This document shows positions 42,552 to 52,899 of a stretch of 64,000 nucleotides of DNA, piece by piece. Position numbers and translations under genes: made by a program. Source of the DNA: a virus (Duplodnaviria > Caudoviricetes); IMG/VR virus record IMGVR_UViG_3300021255_003058, positions 32,001 through 96,000 of that record; one strand, written 5' to 3'. Within the stretch, counting starts at the first letter, position 1. Each line of letters opens with the position of its first letter. The notes beneath the pieces were generated by a model, which worked only from the letters and a program-made list of their open reading frames with translations, did not search any database and had not been told where the DNA came from.

Positions 42552-43322
42552 ATGAAATTATATACTGAAAAAGAAGTTAAAAAATTACTTATAGAAAAAT
42601 ATAAAAATAAAGATTTTAAATTTGATAAAAAATCAAATCAAAAATTTATAGAATTAATAAATGTTAATTTTGAATCTATAATTGGATATATTGTTTATCA
42701 TGATCATGATGTTACTAATGAACAATGGTATATTGATAATTATGAACCTTTATTAGGAGATCAAATAGATAATGTTGTTGAAGCAATAAAGAATGATCCA
42801 GATACAAGACAAGCATATATAGGAATGCTTAATCCTGAAAAATATCAGAATGGAGATAAAATTTGCACAATAGGAATGCAAGTTATTTATCGGAAGAATC
42901 AAAAAAGAGTTGATTATATTGTATTTATGAGATCTAATAATGTATGTGAATATACACAGGATTCTTTATGGCAATGTAAAATATTTGCAAAAATTGTAAA
43001 TAGATTAATTTCTGAAGTTGATAAAGATATTTTACCCGGTCATTTATATTGGAATGCTGGATCATTACATATTTATGAAGAAGATTTTAAATATTTATCT
43101 GATAAAACACTAATAGCGCAAGAAATTAAAAAACATATTAGATTATCTGATAAGTTATTAAAAAATATTTATGATGTCAAAAAGAAAAGATTATTAGTAT
43201 CAGATAAATATAAAGAAATAAAATCAGTATATGATAAACTAATTAATGAAAAGCATTTTGACAAAGAAACACATAATAAATATTTTAAAAATATAGAAAA
43301 ACTAAAAAATGATAACAGATAA
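42552..43322 (+). CDS. Thymidylate-synthase-fold nucleotide modifier, T4 gp42 dCMP hydroxymethylase-like
   Basis: DTRQA, catalytic CT, MRSN, D..WQ, WNAGSLHIY, collinear with T4 gp42. Confidence 0.8.
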   Translation: MKLYTEKEVKKLLIEKYKNKDFKFDKKSNQKFIELINVNFESIIGYIVYHDHDVTNEQWYIDNYEPLLGDQIDNVVEAIKNDPDTRQAYIGMLNPEKYQNGDKICTIGMQVIYRKNQKRVDYIVFMRSNNVCEYTQDSLWQCKIFAKIVNRLISEVDKDILPGHLYWNAGSLHIYEEDFKYLSDKTLIAQEIKKHIRLSDKLLKNIYDVKKKRLLVSDKYKEIKSVYDKLINEKHFDKETHNKYFKNIEKLKNDNR

Positions 43323-43529
43323 AGAATTACATAATAAAATGAGTATATTAGCTATTCAATATGATAAAGGATCAATTAATATAAAAGAATTAATCGCTAA
43401 TGCAGTAACATTAGGTATGATGTATCAAGAAGAAAAAATAAAAGAAGGTATAAATATCGTTTTTAAAGAGTTACATCATAAAGAATAATATGAAAATAAA
43501 AAATCAAAATATATAGCAAGAATATAAGT

Positions 43530-43712
43530 ATGGAAGAAAAATTTGATTGTATTGTAGATAATGGTAATATTATTGATACGGCTGGAAATACAGGTTGGGT
43601 TTGTCCTAAATGTGGAGTTGTAGTTGCACCTTCTGTTTTAGTTTGCCCAGTGTGTGGTGGTAAACGAACAAATGAAAATTTTGCACCTGGAGAATCTATG
43701 ATTTGTGGATAA
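43530..43712 (+). CDS. Small zinc-ribbon protein
   Basis: GWVCPKCG...CPVC. Confidence 0.7.
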   Translation: MEEKFDCIVDNGNIIDTAGNTGWVCPKCGVVVAPSVLVCPVCGGKRTNENFAPGESMICG

Positions 43713-43781
43713 TGAATGAAACACAAGTTACAAGAATCAATCTAGGAAATTATGTATATGAAATATATTACAAAATAAATA

Positions 43782-44228
43782 ATGAGAATATTTTTAGGAG
43801 GTACATGTGCAGATACAACATGGAGAGAAGAATTTATAAAAGAAATCGAAGGATCCAAAATTGAATATTTTAATCCTGTAGTAAAAGATTGGACGCCAGA
43901 ATGCCAAGCAATTGAAGAAGATGAAAAGAATAACAAATGTGATACACATTTATATGTTATAACAAAAGAAATGATGGGAACATATTCAATTGCAGAAATA
44001 ATTAATTCAGCATGGCAAACAATTGTATATGGAACAAAAGTTAATTACGTAATATTTGCTGTACTTGATGAAGGAACATGGCAAGAACATGAAATTAAAT
44101 CGTTTAATGCTGTCATGACAATGGTTAAACATATTGCTCCATATAATTCACTTGTATTATATGTAAAAAATATGAAAGAACTTACTGCTTATATTATGGC
44201 AAGCAGTTCTATATGGAACAAAAGTTAA
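43782..44228 (+). CDS. Nucleoside 2-deoxyribosyltransferase-like protein
   Basis: IFLGGTC..TTWR, YFNPVV.DW, YSIAE. Confidence 0.8.
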   Translation: MRIFLGGTCADTTWREEFIKEIEGSKIEYFNPVVKDWTPECQAIEEDEKNNKCDTHLYVITKEMMGTYSIAEIINSAWQTIVYGTKVNYVIFAVLDEGTWQEHEIKSFNAVMTMVKHIAPYNSLVLYVKNMKELTAYIMASSSIWNKS

Positions 44229-44379
44229 TTACGTAATATTTGCTGTACTTGATGAAGGAACATGGCAAGAACATGAAATTAAATCGTTTAATGCTGTCAT
44301 GGTAATTGTTAAACATATTGCTACCTACAATTCACTTGTATTATATGTAAAAACATGAAAGAATTTACTGTTTATATTA
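44026..44379 (+). repeat. Tandem direct duplication of about 170 bp (44026-44196 and 44210-44379)
   Basis: First 92 bp identical; remainder has about 9 substitutions and a 1-nt indel. Confidence 0.95.
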
Positions 44380-44383
44380 AAAG

Positions 44384-44411
44384 ATAGGGAAATTAATTTC
44401 CCTATTTTTTT
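44384..44411 (+). terminator. Intrinsic terminator
   Basis: ATAGGGAAAT-TA-ATTTCCCTAT plus T-run. Confidence 0.8.
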
Positions 44412-44474
44412 ATTTTTATTAAAATATATTTGAAATAAATTTATTTATTTCATTAAATGAACTATTTATAATTT

Positions 44475-44876
44475 ATGAAATCTCTTACGCAATATATTTT
44501 AGAAGTTGAAGGTAATGAAGGTGACGAACAAACAACACAACGTGGTAAAATAAAATTTGTCATCTGGGAAGAACCAGATAAAAAAGTTTCTTGGCTAGAT
44601 AATAATGAAAAGTATCAGAAAATAGAATATAAACATGAAGATCGTGATAAGAACATCTTTATAGATTTTTTATTAGGATATGTTAAAGATGAAGATACGT
44701 GGAAACTCTTCGTTGGCAAAATTGGTGCTGTGAATTATGATGATGATCCTTATTGCGATTTTAAAACTAATAAATTTGCAGAAGCAATAGTTGCAGCATT
44801 AGATAAAGTTGAAGAATATATTAAAGATGTAGAAGATGATCCACAAAATTGGATTCAATATTATAAAGATATTTAA
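44475..44876 (+). CDS. Acidic hypothetical protein, possible internal head protein
   Basis: Monocistronic; N-terminus MKSLTQYILE resembles the T4 capsid-targeting sequence. Confidence 0.65.
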   Translation: MKSLTQYILEVEGNEGDEQTTQRGKIKFVIWEEPDKKVSWLDNNEKYQKIEYKHEDRDKNIFIDFLLGYVKDEDTWKLFVGKIGAVNYDDDPYCDFKTNKFAEAIVAALDKVEEYIKDVEDDPQNWIQYYKDI

Positions 44877-44885
44877 TAATAAAGT

Positions 44886-44917
44886 AAAATGGATAGATTT
44901 GAATCTATCCATTTTTT
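44886..44917. terminator. Bidirectional terminator
   Basis: AAAATGGATAGATT-TG-AATCTATCCATTTT. Confidence 0.8.
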
Positions 44918-45210
44918 GTATATCTTAAATCCGTTTCCATTTCACGTTCTTCATATGTATATTCATAAACCCATTTACCAATAGAATATTCAAATGAATT
45001 ATCATTTTCTGTAAATTGATATTCTTCATTATTTTTGAATTCTGGATATTGATCAAGATTATCATTAAAATCTTTTTTGCATAATGATTTTAAGTTTTCA
45101 AAAAATTGCCTTGCGTTAGATTTTGCTAATGAATAATATATAGGATAAGGAAAATCATATCTTAGATCATCAAATTCATTAGCGCAATATTTTACAATAT
45201 ATATTTTCAT
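44905..45210 (-). CDS. Hypothetical protein
   Basis: 101-aa ORF. Confidence 0.6.
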   Translation of the reverse strand: MKIYIVKYCANEFDDLRYDFPYPIYYSLAKSNARQFFENLKSLCKKDFNDNLDQYPEFKNNEEYQFTENDNSFEYSIGKWVYEYTYEEREMETDLRYTKNG

Positions 45211-45228
45211 AAATAATTTATTATAATT

Positions 45229-45789
45229 TCATAATTGACAAATTGATTCATAAATAGCTTTAATTACCTTTGCATCATATAATGAATTATGTTTATCTCC
45301 TTTTATTGATATGTATCTATTTTCAAGTATTTTTTCTCTTGAAAAATCAAAAGCTTCAGCTTCAGTAAAATTATAATATCTTGCAATATCTTGGTTAATA
45401 TCGTGACAAGCAGGATTTATATTTTTAGGTAAATCAAATGCGGTGCCAAATAAATCAATCAAAAGAACCATATCATAATGACATACATCAGAAACTAATT
45501 CAATGTTATCATATTCTGAAAGCCATTCTTCTAGTTGGGTTTTAACAAATTCTTTATTACCACATATACCCCATTTATCACAGACTTTCAATTCAGTAGT
45601 TTCATTTTTATCATTACCAAATTCTAAATGTTTAATTACATTTTCTTGGATCCAATTATTACATTGAGATTTATCATAATCTGTAAATTCTGCGTAAAAA
45701 CATCTTTCATTTTCATCAATTAAACCAATTGAAATAAGAGTCGTATTTTTATGCAGACCTGTAAATTCAGTATCAAAAAATATCTTCAT
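45229..45789 (-). CDS. DEDDh 3'-5' exonuclease (RNase AS-like)
   Basis: FFDTEFTGL, HYD, HNSLYDA. Confidence 0.88.
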   Translation of the reverse strand: MKIFFDTEFTGLHKNTTLISIGLIDENERCFYAEFTDYDKSQCNNWIQENVIKHLEFGNDKNETTELKVCDKWGICGNKEFVKTQLEEWLSEYDNIELVSDVCHYDMVLLIDLFGTAFDLPKNINPACHDINQDIARYYNFTEAEAFDFSREKILENRYISIKGDKHNSLYDAKVIKAIYESICQL

Positions 45790-48038
45790 AATTTAATATG
45801 TACTATTGGGTTAATAATATTCAATTTAGTATTATCTAAAAGTTCTTCTTTTATATATGGAACACCTGCAACAGTGTTAATATATGTATCAATTATATCT
45901 TCATGAATACGTCTTGCACCTCCAGGTTTACCTGATGCATAATAACGCTCATAAAATGCATTTGCATCATAAACAACATTCCAATATATACCATCAAGTG
46001 TATCTGAACTTAATATAACAATTGTTTGTGCAGGTGTTGTATAATTAGTTTTTAGGATCATTTTCTTTCTTTTATTTTTTCTTTTTTAACCAATAAGGAC
46101 AATTGTTTGTTGGCTTCAATGTATTTATATACATTTCAAATGCTTCATCAATATTTTCACAATTATCCCATCTAACATATTTTAAACCATTAATAAATTC
46201 TCTTTTAATATATTTTTTTTGTTTATACCAAATATCAACTAATATATCAGTTTCTAAACCGTTATTCCCATATATATGAAATTTATCTGGTTCTGAATAA
46301 CCTGTGCCACAACTTCCTTTAGGAACAATATGTTCAATAAATTCAATCTTTGTTATTTTCATACATATTTAAGTATTAACATTTCCATCCTTATCAGCAA
46401 ATTTACTTGCTTCATTTAATGCTTTTTATGACGAATCTTAACATCACCAGAAAGCTTATCATTATTTACTGCCTTCAAAACATCTGTATTACCACATGCG
46501 TTTACAACTACTGAAGCCATTTCAGCTTCAATTTCCATCATTCTATTTGCATCCATAATTTATTAATTTAATCTTCCCAACATCTAATTTCACCATCATC
46601 ATCCCAATCTCCAACAGTAATATTGTGATCATCAAGCCATTGCTCCTTTTCCTTAGAAAGTTTATCAATATCTTCCCCATTAATAAATCTTACATCAAAA
46701 ATATCTGGCTTCTCATGGTTATCATATGAAATAACTTCACCATCCATATTAAGAAAATATTTTTTATCAGGATTTTTTGTCAAAGCATCCTTAATAATTT
46801 CCTTTGTAAAATTCATACCAGGAAAATTATGCTGCATATTGATTGTATGTATTTCAATAGCTTCTTCAATAGTTATATCTCTATCAAAATAACCACCCGT
46901 AAATATTCCAGCAACACCACCACAAATACCCATGTGATGCACCTGACGATGACTTGTAATTATATACATATCACCATGCTTAAAATCCTTTCTAATAGTA
47001 TTCATTTAAATAATTCTTCAAATTGTAATATTAATAATCTTTGAAATATTTATGAAATTCTTTCAATGATTCAAAAAAACCATCTGCATATTTAGACATA
47101 TGTCTACAAACCCATATATCACCTTGTTTATCTACATAGTAATAATATTCCTTACCAGGCTCAAATATAATACCATCTTCTTTATATTCTTTAATGCAAT
47201 GACAAACTATCATATTACTTCTTCTTAGGTGTAATTTTAAATGTTCGATTTCCTTGAGTAATCTCTACATTAAGTAGATTAAACATCTCAATAGGGAATG
47301 TATATCTATAGATCACATAATGCTTGTCTTTGCGATACTTTCCACGTTTGAACACCTCAATATTGTAACCATATACATATTTAGCATCATGTCCAAAAGA
47401 ATCTACATAAGCAGAACCGAATTGTGAAGAATAACAAAAGGTTCCACGAATAGACTCTCTAACTCTTGATTTAGCATTAAATGTAGTTCCCCACCCAGTG
47501 ATAATAGTTGGTTTGATTCCAAGTACAAATTTCATTTTTATATATTTTTAAGTTGTTATTAATTATTCCAGTTTACTCCAATTTTCTTCCAGTTAACATT
47601 CCAATGAGACACTGAATAAAGTCTTAAAAGCCCATATTCATTAAGAAACTCATCAATTGTATATTCACTGACCTTCTCAGGATTCTTAGGACCATTAAGT
47701 CCGTTGTAGCAAATGATCTTACCATCAGAATATAATTCGCTAAAGTCAAACAGAAGACCACGAAAATCTGTTGGACAATAGAAAATAAAGGTGTCCCAAT
47801 TATTCAGTAATGGGAAATAATGAGAATTTCCATTATATCCATATTCTTCAAGAATTTCTCCAAGACTGAAATAATCACTTCCCGTGTTCATACCATTGAA
47901 AATAAATTCACAACCCATAGCGTAATAATCTCCTGGTTTTGTAATTCCATTATTTTCAATGGTCTTCATCTGATAAATAAGTTTATCACAATCATTATTT
48001 GAAAAAAACTCGGTGCAAAATTCTGAGAAACTCTTCAT
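45786..48038 (-). other. Block of hypothetical genes (45786-46061, 46072-46362, 46568-47005, 47031-47213, 47215-47535, 47559-48038)
   Basis: Co-oriented ORFs behind the promoter at 48136-48163. Confidence 0.65.
46369..46556 (-). pseudogene. Small gene with an apparent -1 frameshift
   Basis: MDANRMM...DVKIRHKKH*; the -1 frame continues ALNEASKFADKDGNVNT* to just before the next gene. Confidence 0.4.
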
Positions 48039-48059
48039 ATTCTATATTTATTGTTTGTT

Positions 48060-48190
48060 ACATTATAATGGAGTTTTTATATTTAATTCATATGTTCATT
48101 AAAAACATGTTATATGTTAATTACCATACATAATAAATATAGTACATATAATAAAAAATTCAAATATAATTCAAATTTCATGTTATAAAT
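48060..48190 (-). promoter_or_regulatory. Conserved promoter with an expanded type-A-like leader and upstream box
   Basis: TTGAAT-N15-CTATATT; leader begins TATGTATGG and ends CCATTATA with a longer interior. Confidence 0.65.
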
Positions 48191-48257
48191 GAAATAAAAA
48201 TATTATATAAATAATTTCATTTATTTATAAATTATATTATTTATAAAATTTATAAAA

Positions 48258-49263
48258 TTATAGTTTTATTGTTAATGTTATGCATTCCCCAAATCTTGTA
48301 ATTTCCTTTTCTTGTTTTATATTATATCCAATTGACTGTAATTGATTAATTACCCATATATCATCATCAGTTAATGTATTTATTGTAGAAACAATTGTTG
48401 AATTATGATAATCACGAGCATTTAGTAAAATATCACGTATAATTTTAGAATTTGATTTTCCTAAAATATCAGTTAAAACTTTATTATTGTGTATTAACTG
48501 TTTCATTGTTTTAGCATCAAATTTTTCTAAAAATTCTTGTACTTTCTTATTAATCATAATTAATTATTTTTGAAGTTTTTAATCTAATTGGACAAGTATT
48601 TTGAATTATTTTATAATCATACACTTCGATATAGTTTGATCCTTTGTATGATGTAACTCTTATTGGTTTTAAATTTAATTTTTTGAATCTTCTAACATCT
48701 CCATTACAATATATAAAATTGACAGTATCAGAATATTGTATTGTAGAATCTGGATATATAATTTCATACTCTACATATGCAGTTCCATTTTTTGCAATAA
48801 TATCTGACGTTGCAAGACATATAATTCCAATTACAATACAAATAAAGCTAACACCAAAAAAATATTTCTTCATATTATTTCTTATTGATTAAAATATTGT
48901 ACATTCTGTTTATGCTCTCTAATTGCCCTTGTGGAATTTCTTTATTTGCTTCAATTTGGTCGCCAATATCTTTCAAAAACCAAATAAGTTCATTTACTTT
49001 TTTTATGTTTCTCATATTAAATCATCTAAATAAGCCCATTCTACAATTTCATCAGAATCTACATTAGAATCAAATCTAAGAATTTCTATATATTTATTTT
49101 CATATCTAACAACAATAATACTTCCTTCTTTTGGACATTGGAAATAGTCTCCAACATGCCAAAGGATTTTATATTTCTTTGTTTTTGGAGACATATTACT
49201 ATATGATATTGCATTTCGATATTGATCATCGAATATAATAGATGTCTTAAAATCTTTTTTCAT
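48258..49263 (-). other. Small hypothetical genes (48258-48557, 48550-48873 with N-terminal TM, 49012-49263)
   Basis: Coupled ORFs. Confidence 0.6.
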
Positions 49264-49265
49264 AA

Positions 49266-49688
49266 TTATTGTACTCCTCTTGCTGAAAGATAATATTTTG
49301 ATTGCTCTAACAAATCAAGACTTTTTGTTTTTCTTACAGTGAATGATGCAAAATATGCATAATCTATTCCATTTACGTTTGCTGGTGTTGATGACCACAA
49401 GAATGCACCCATGACTCTTACATCTTTACTATTCTTTCCTTCTCCTGCTATTGGTAAATATATACTATTTCCATTTTTTCCTGTTATGATATATCCAGCT
49501 TTCTTTTTATCAAGCTTACAATCACAATTATCTTGAAGTTCTCTCCATTGATCATAAGTAGGAATCTTGATATCTTTTAATTGGATAGCACTAATATAAT
49601 TGAAATATTTACCATATTCTTCAGGAGAATTTGCACCGACATTACAATTTGCCCACTTGACAGACAGTCCTAAATCTACATATTTCAT
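49266..49688 (-). CDS. Bacteroidota C-type-lectin-like (DUF1566/Fib_succ_major-like) domain protein
   Basis: YVDLGLSVKWA.CNVGA.SPEEYG, PT..QW.EL, NGNSIYLP.AG, WSST. Confidence 0.75.
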   Translation of the reverse strand: MKYVDLGLSVKWANCNVGANSPEEYGKYFNYISAIQLKDIKIPTYDQWRELQDNCDCKLDKKKAGYIITGKNGNSIYLPIAGEGKNSKDVRVMGAFLWSSTPANVNGIDYAYFASFTVRKTKSLDLLEQSKYYLSARGVQ

Positions 49689-49690
49689 AT

Positions 49691-49975
49691 TTATTCCCAA
49701 GTTACTTTTTTATCTAAATATCCTTTTCCTTTACATAGTTTACATGTTTCATAATTCCAATAACCGCCCATAGGACCATCCCAGTGATCATATTCAGGAA
49801 CATAATTAGTTTTCCATCTTCCTTTTCCATTACAATCCGGGCAAACCATGCGAGTTCCATCCAAAATCATTTCGTGATGTTTACATTCTTCTTCAGATGT
49901 AAATTCTTTTCCATCTTTAGCAACATAAACTTTATAAGTCTGCGTTATTTGTTTAGTTCTTATATCTGTTATCAT
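49691..49975 (-). CDS. DnaJ-type zinc finger protein
   Basis: CPDCNGKG and CKLCKGKG. Confidence 0.7.
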   Translation of the reverse strand: MITDIRTKQITQTYKVYVAKDGKEFTSEEECKHHEMILDGTRMVCPDCNGKGRWKTNYVPEYDHWDGPMGGYWNYETCKLCKGKGYLDKKVTWE

Positions 49976-49978
49976 AAT

Positions 49979-50254
49979 TTACCAAGGATTATAACATTTA
50001 AATTTATACCATGCTATCTTTTTAGGATAATATCCCCATTTCTTTTTATATTCTTCAAAAGATATATATTTACCATGTGGAATAAAAAATCCTACTAAAC
50101 TTTTATTATATTCAAATGCACTATGTTTTATATAGTACATATATTGACTTTCTAAATATCTATAAATAGGATCAATAATAGTAAAATATAATATAACCAA
50201 TAATAATATTCCTCCTACTATTAAACAAAGATTTTTTAATATTGATAAAATCAT
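49979..50254 (-). CDS. Small membrane-anchored hypothetical protein
   Basis: N-terminal hydrophobic helix. Confidence 0.55.
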   Translation of the reverse strand: MILSILKNLCLIVGGILLLVILYFTIIDPIYRYLESQYMYYIKHSAFEYNKSLVGFFIPHGKYISFEEYKKKWGYYPKKIAWYKFKCYNPW

Positions 50255-50463
50255 ATTAATTAAATTTTAATAAAATATTTTTGCCATTCTTTTCATGAAA
50301 TGTTTCAGTATTATTATCATCATTTTTAACACAAAAAAACAATATCATTCATTCTATTATATCTTAACCAATAAATTTTACATATTGTAAATTTACTTCC
50401 TTCTCTTACTTTAAAACATTCTCCATGTACTGAAAAATAATTATTCTTCATCCATAATTATAA

Positions 50464-50832
50464 TTATTTCAATACTTTAATATATTCTTGCTCTATTAGC
50501 CAACACACCATTTCAAACGCCGCATCAGTAGGGTCACAAGCCTTATCTGTAAAATGATGAGTAGTTTCTAGTCTACACTCAATTGTTCGTTTAAACATAT
50601 TAAAATTTGGCATTAATTCCAAAAGTGCTGCGAGAGACCAACAAGGCAAATCACCATTGTTATATTCAGGTAAGTTTCTTACTCCACCATCATTTTTTTG
50701 CACAGCTAAATGATATATATTTCCGGCTGGTGTTGGGTCTAAAAAATAATACATATCTGATGTGCTTGGATCCAATCCAAGACTAAACAGTTTCTCTGAC
50801 TGCTCTATTGAGGTACACATTTTGATGCTCAT
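50464..50832 (-). CDS. Hypothetical protein, paralog family 'PCWSLAALL' copy 1
   Basis: T.IEQS..L...SDM...PCWSLAALL...DAAFEM. Confidence 0.7.
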   Translation of the reverse strand: MSIKMCTSIEQSEKLFSLGLDPSTSDMYYFLDPTPAGNIYHLAVQKNDGGVRNLPEYNNGDLPCWSLAALLELMPNFNMFKRTIECRLETTHHFTDKACDPTDAAFEMVCWLIEQEYIKVLK

Positions 50833-50975
50833 AGTTCTATAACATTTACAACAGTATAATTTTCATAATGACTTTCAAAATCAATTATAGCTTGCTTTTT
50901 AGAAGTACAATTAGAATAGTGATGCATAAACTTTTGTGTCGAGTTATTAAACGCAACTACAAGATAATTCATAAT

Positions 50976-51212
50976 TCAAAGTTGCTTAAGTTGTTCTAAT
51001 AATAAATATAATTGTTTAGCAGCTCCATCATAAAGATGTATTGTTGTGGATTCATATCCTTTAATAATATATTCAATAGCAGCAATTTGTTGAACACTCG
51101 GCTTCCACTGTAATTTCTTTCCAGAATCGAAAGCAAGCTCCAAATCACAAAGGTGAAATTCTAAATCACCTTTGTAATTATTTTCTTTCAAAAAATTTTC
51201 AAACTCGTTCAT
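50976..51212 (-). CDS. Hypothetical protein (start reassigned to MNEFENF)
   Basis: ATG 1 nt after the upstream stop; shares the QWKPS motif with its neighbour. Confidence 0.6.
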   Translation of the reverse strand: MNEFENFLKENNYKGDLEFHLCDLELAFDSGKKLQWKPSVQQIAAIEYIIKGYESTTIHLYDGAAKQLYLLLEQLKQL

Positions 51213-51213
51213 A

Positions 51214-52311
51214 TCAATTATCTTTTGGTAATTTTTCAAATAATTCTTTGTAGTTAATATAATACCCTTTGTGACAAAAATAGTCACCGTTAAAACCAGT
51301 AGTATTGTCATTTGACAAAATACTTTTCTTCCAATGAGGCAAATCACTAGGTTTCCACTGTTTTTGAGGTTTGAGGGATTTGAGCCAATTAACTTGTGTT
51401 TGAAATCCTTGTCTTGTTAGAATGTTAATAATTAATTGCTTTATATTTTCATCCTCTTCACTCCAAGTAGACTTCCGCTCAGTCTTCTTCAACTCTTTAC
51501 TTTCAATATCCCACTTATACCCTACATCACGCATCTTTTGGAATAAAAGGTCACGCTGTTCTTTGGTAGCTGGAATTATTGCACTTCCTAACAAAGTAAA
51601 CGCAGCATCATTTATTGTTAAATCTTGATGAATAGTTGAATATAATGTATAATAAGAGAAAGAGTTATCATCAATTTTTTCTTTATAGATAAAAATCCAC
51701 TGACCGTCTCTATATGCAAGTACATCACCATCCTTTGCATCATTGATGGTCCATAAACGATAATCGTTGTCTACAAGTTCTGTGCAAAGTGTCCCAATGG
51801 TATCTACACCGTAGTCAAGCCTATAATTATTTTCTAATACCTCAATAACCCTTACTACATTACCGCATTCAATATTTATAAGCCAATCTCCTTCATGGAA
51901 CTTTGGTTCAATCTTATTAGCAGGTTTCTGTTCACCTTGTTTTTTAGGCCAAACAATATAATCTCTAATAATATCCTCGTCTGAGCAATAATGATCTTTT
52001 CCAAATTGAGATTGTTTAACATCTTCTTTGCCTTGTAAGCCTTCTTCTGTAGTTAGAACTTTTTGTTTTTCAAGCCAAGCAATCCATTTATCAACATCTG
52101 GTATACTTTCACTACAATATTTACCAAGATATTCTAGATGTTCAATAATTGATTTCCTTATCTTCTCATCCTCACTCTCTTTGAGTTCAGGGAAAATATC
52201 TTCAAACTCTTCAACATCAATAATACGACCTTGCTCTTTTGCTAAATCATATATCGGCCTAAACTTTTCAATAGCCTTATCATAGGCTTTAGCCTTTTGT
52301 TCTTGCGTCAT
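51214..52311 (-). CDS. Modular hypothetical phage protein
   Basis: SEDEKIRK, IAWLEKQ, PKFHEGDW, RLWTI.DAKDGDVL, PATKEQRDLLF modules. Confidence 0.7.
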   Translation of the reverse strand: MTQEQKAKAYDKAIEKFRPIYDLAKEQGRIIDVEEFEDIFPELKESEDEKIRKSIIEHLEYLGKYCSESIPDVDKWIAWLEKQKVLTTEEGLQGKEDVKQSQFGKDHYCSDEDIIRDYIVWPKKQGEQKPANKIEPKFHEGDWLINIECGNVVRVIEVLENNYRLDYGVDTIGTLCTELVDNDYRLWTINDAKDGDVLAYRDGQWIFIYKEKIDDNSFSYYTLYSTIHQDLTINDAAFTLLGSAIIPATKEQRDLLFQKMRDVGYKWDIESKELKKTERKSTWSEEDENIKQLIINILTRQGFQTQVNWLKSLKPQKQWKPSDLPHWKKSILSNDNTTGFNGDYFCHKGYYINYKELFEKLPKDN

Positions 52312-52530
52312 GTTACTTTATTTTTTAATTGTAAACTTATTATTTTATTAAAATTATGTTTTAATAACTTATATAATTCTATTAGGGTAACTTCTTTTAC
52401 CTCACTAAAATTAGCAACTCGTTCTTTACAAAATGGACAAAATATTCTTGAAGTATTGCAATCTATGATAGAACCAAATCCACTACATTCGAGATATGTT
52501 ATTTTAATTTTCATAAAAATTATATCATAA

Positions 52531-52899
52531 TTATAATACTTTAAGTTTATGTAATTTCAATATCATTTCATAGCAAGCATCAACAGGATTATCTGATTTA
52601 ACAGATTTATATATAAGATATAAAGAAGGATTTGAATATTCAATAATATTCTTTTTGATATTTAACTTGAAAGCAATTCCTTCATTACTTGTTATAGTCT
52701 CAGGTAAAATACTAAGCAATGCAGCAAGACTCCAACATGGTATGTCAGCATTTTCAGCTTTAGTCCCAGCCCACATTTGATTTCTCGCAGCATTTGGATT
52801 ACTATTATAATAAAGTCCCATATCAGCACTTTCAATTGGTAAAAACTCTGCCAACTTCCTTGACTGTTCTATATCTGTGTAACTTTTAATTGTTGTCAT
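52531..52899 (-). CDS. Paralog family 'PCWSLAALL' copy 2
   Basis: Shared motifs with 50464-50832 and 53772-54167. Confidence 0.7.
   Translation of the reverse strand: MTTIKSYTDIEQSRKLAEFLPIESADMGLYYNSNPNAARNQMWAGTKAENADIPCWSLAALLSILPETITSNEGIAFKLNIKKNIIEYSNPSLYLIYKSVKSDNPVDACYEMILKLHKLKVL

Noticed and set aside
44026-44379. DGR template/variable repeat pair
   Set aside because: Differences are not confined to adenines on either strand, include an indel, and no reverse transcriptase is present
49266-49688. Second DGR target
   Set aside because: CLec-like fold, but no codon anomaly, hairpin or template repeat visible
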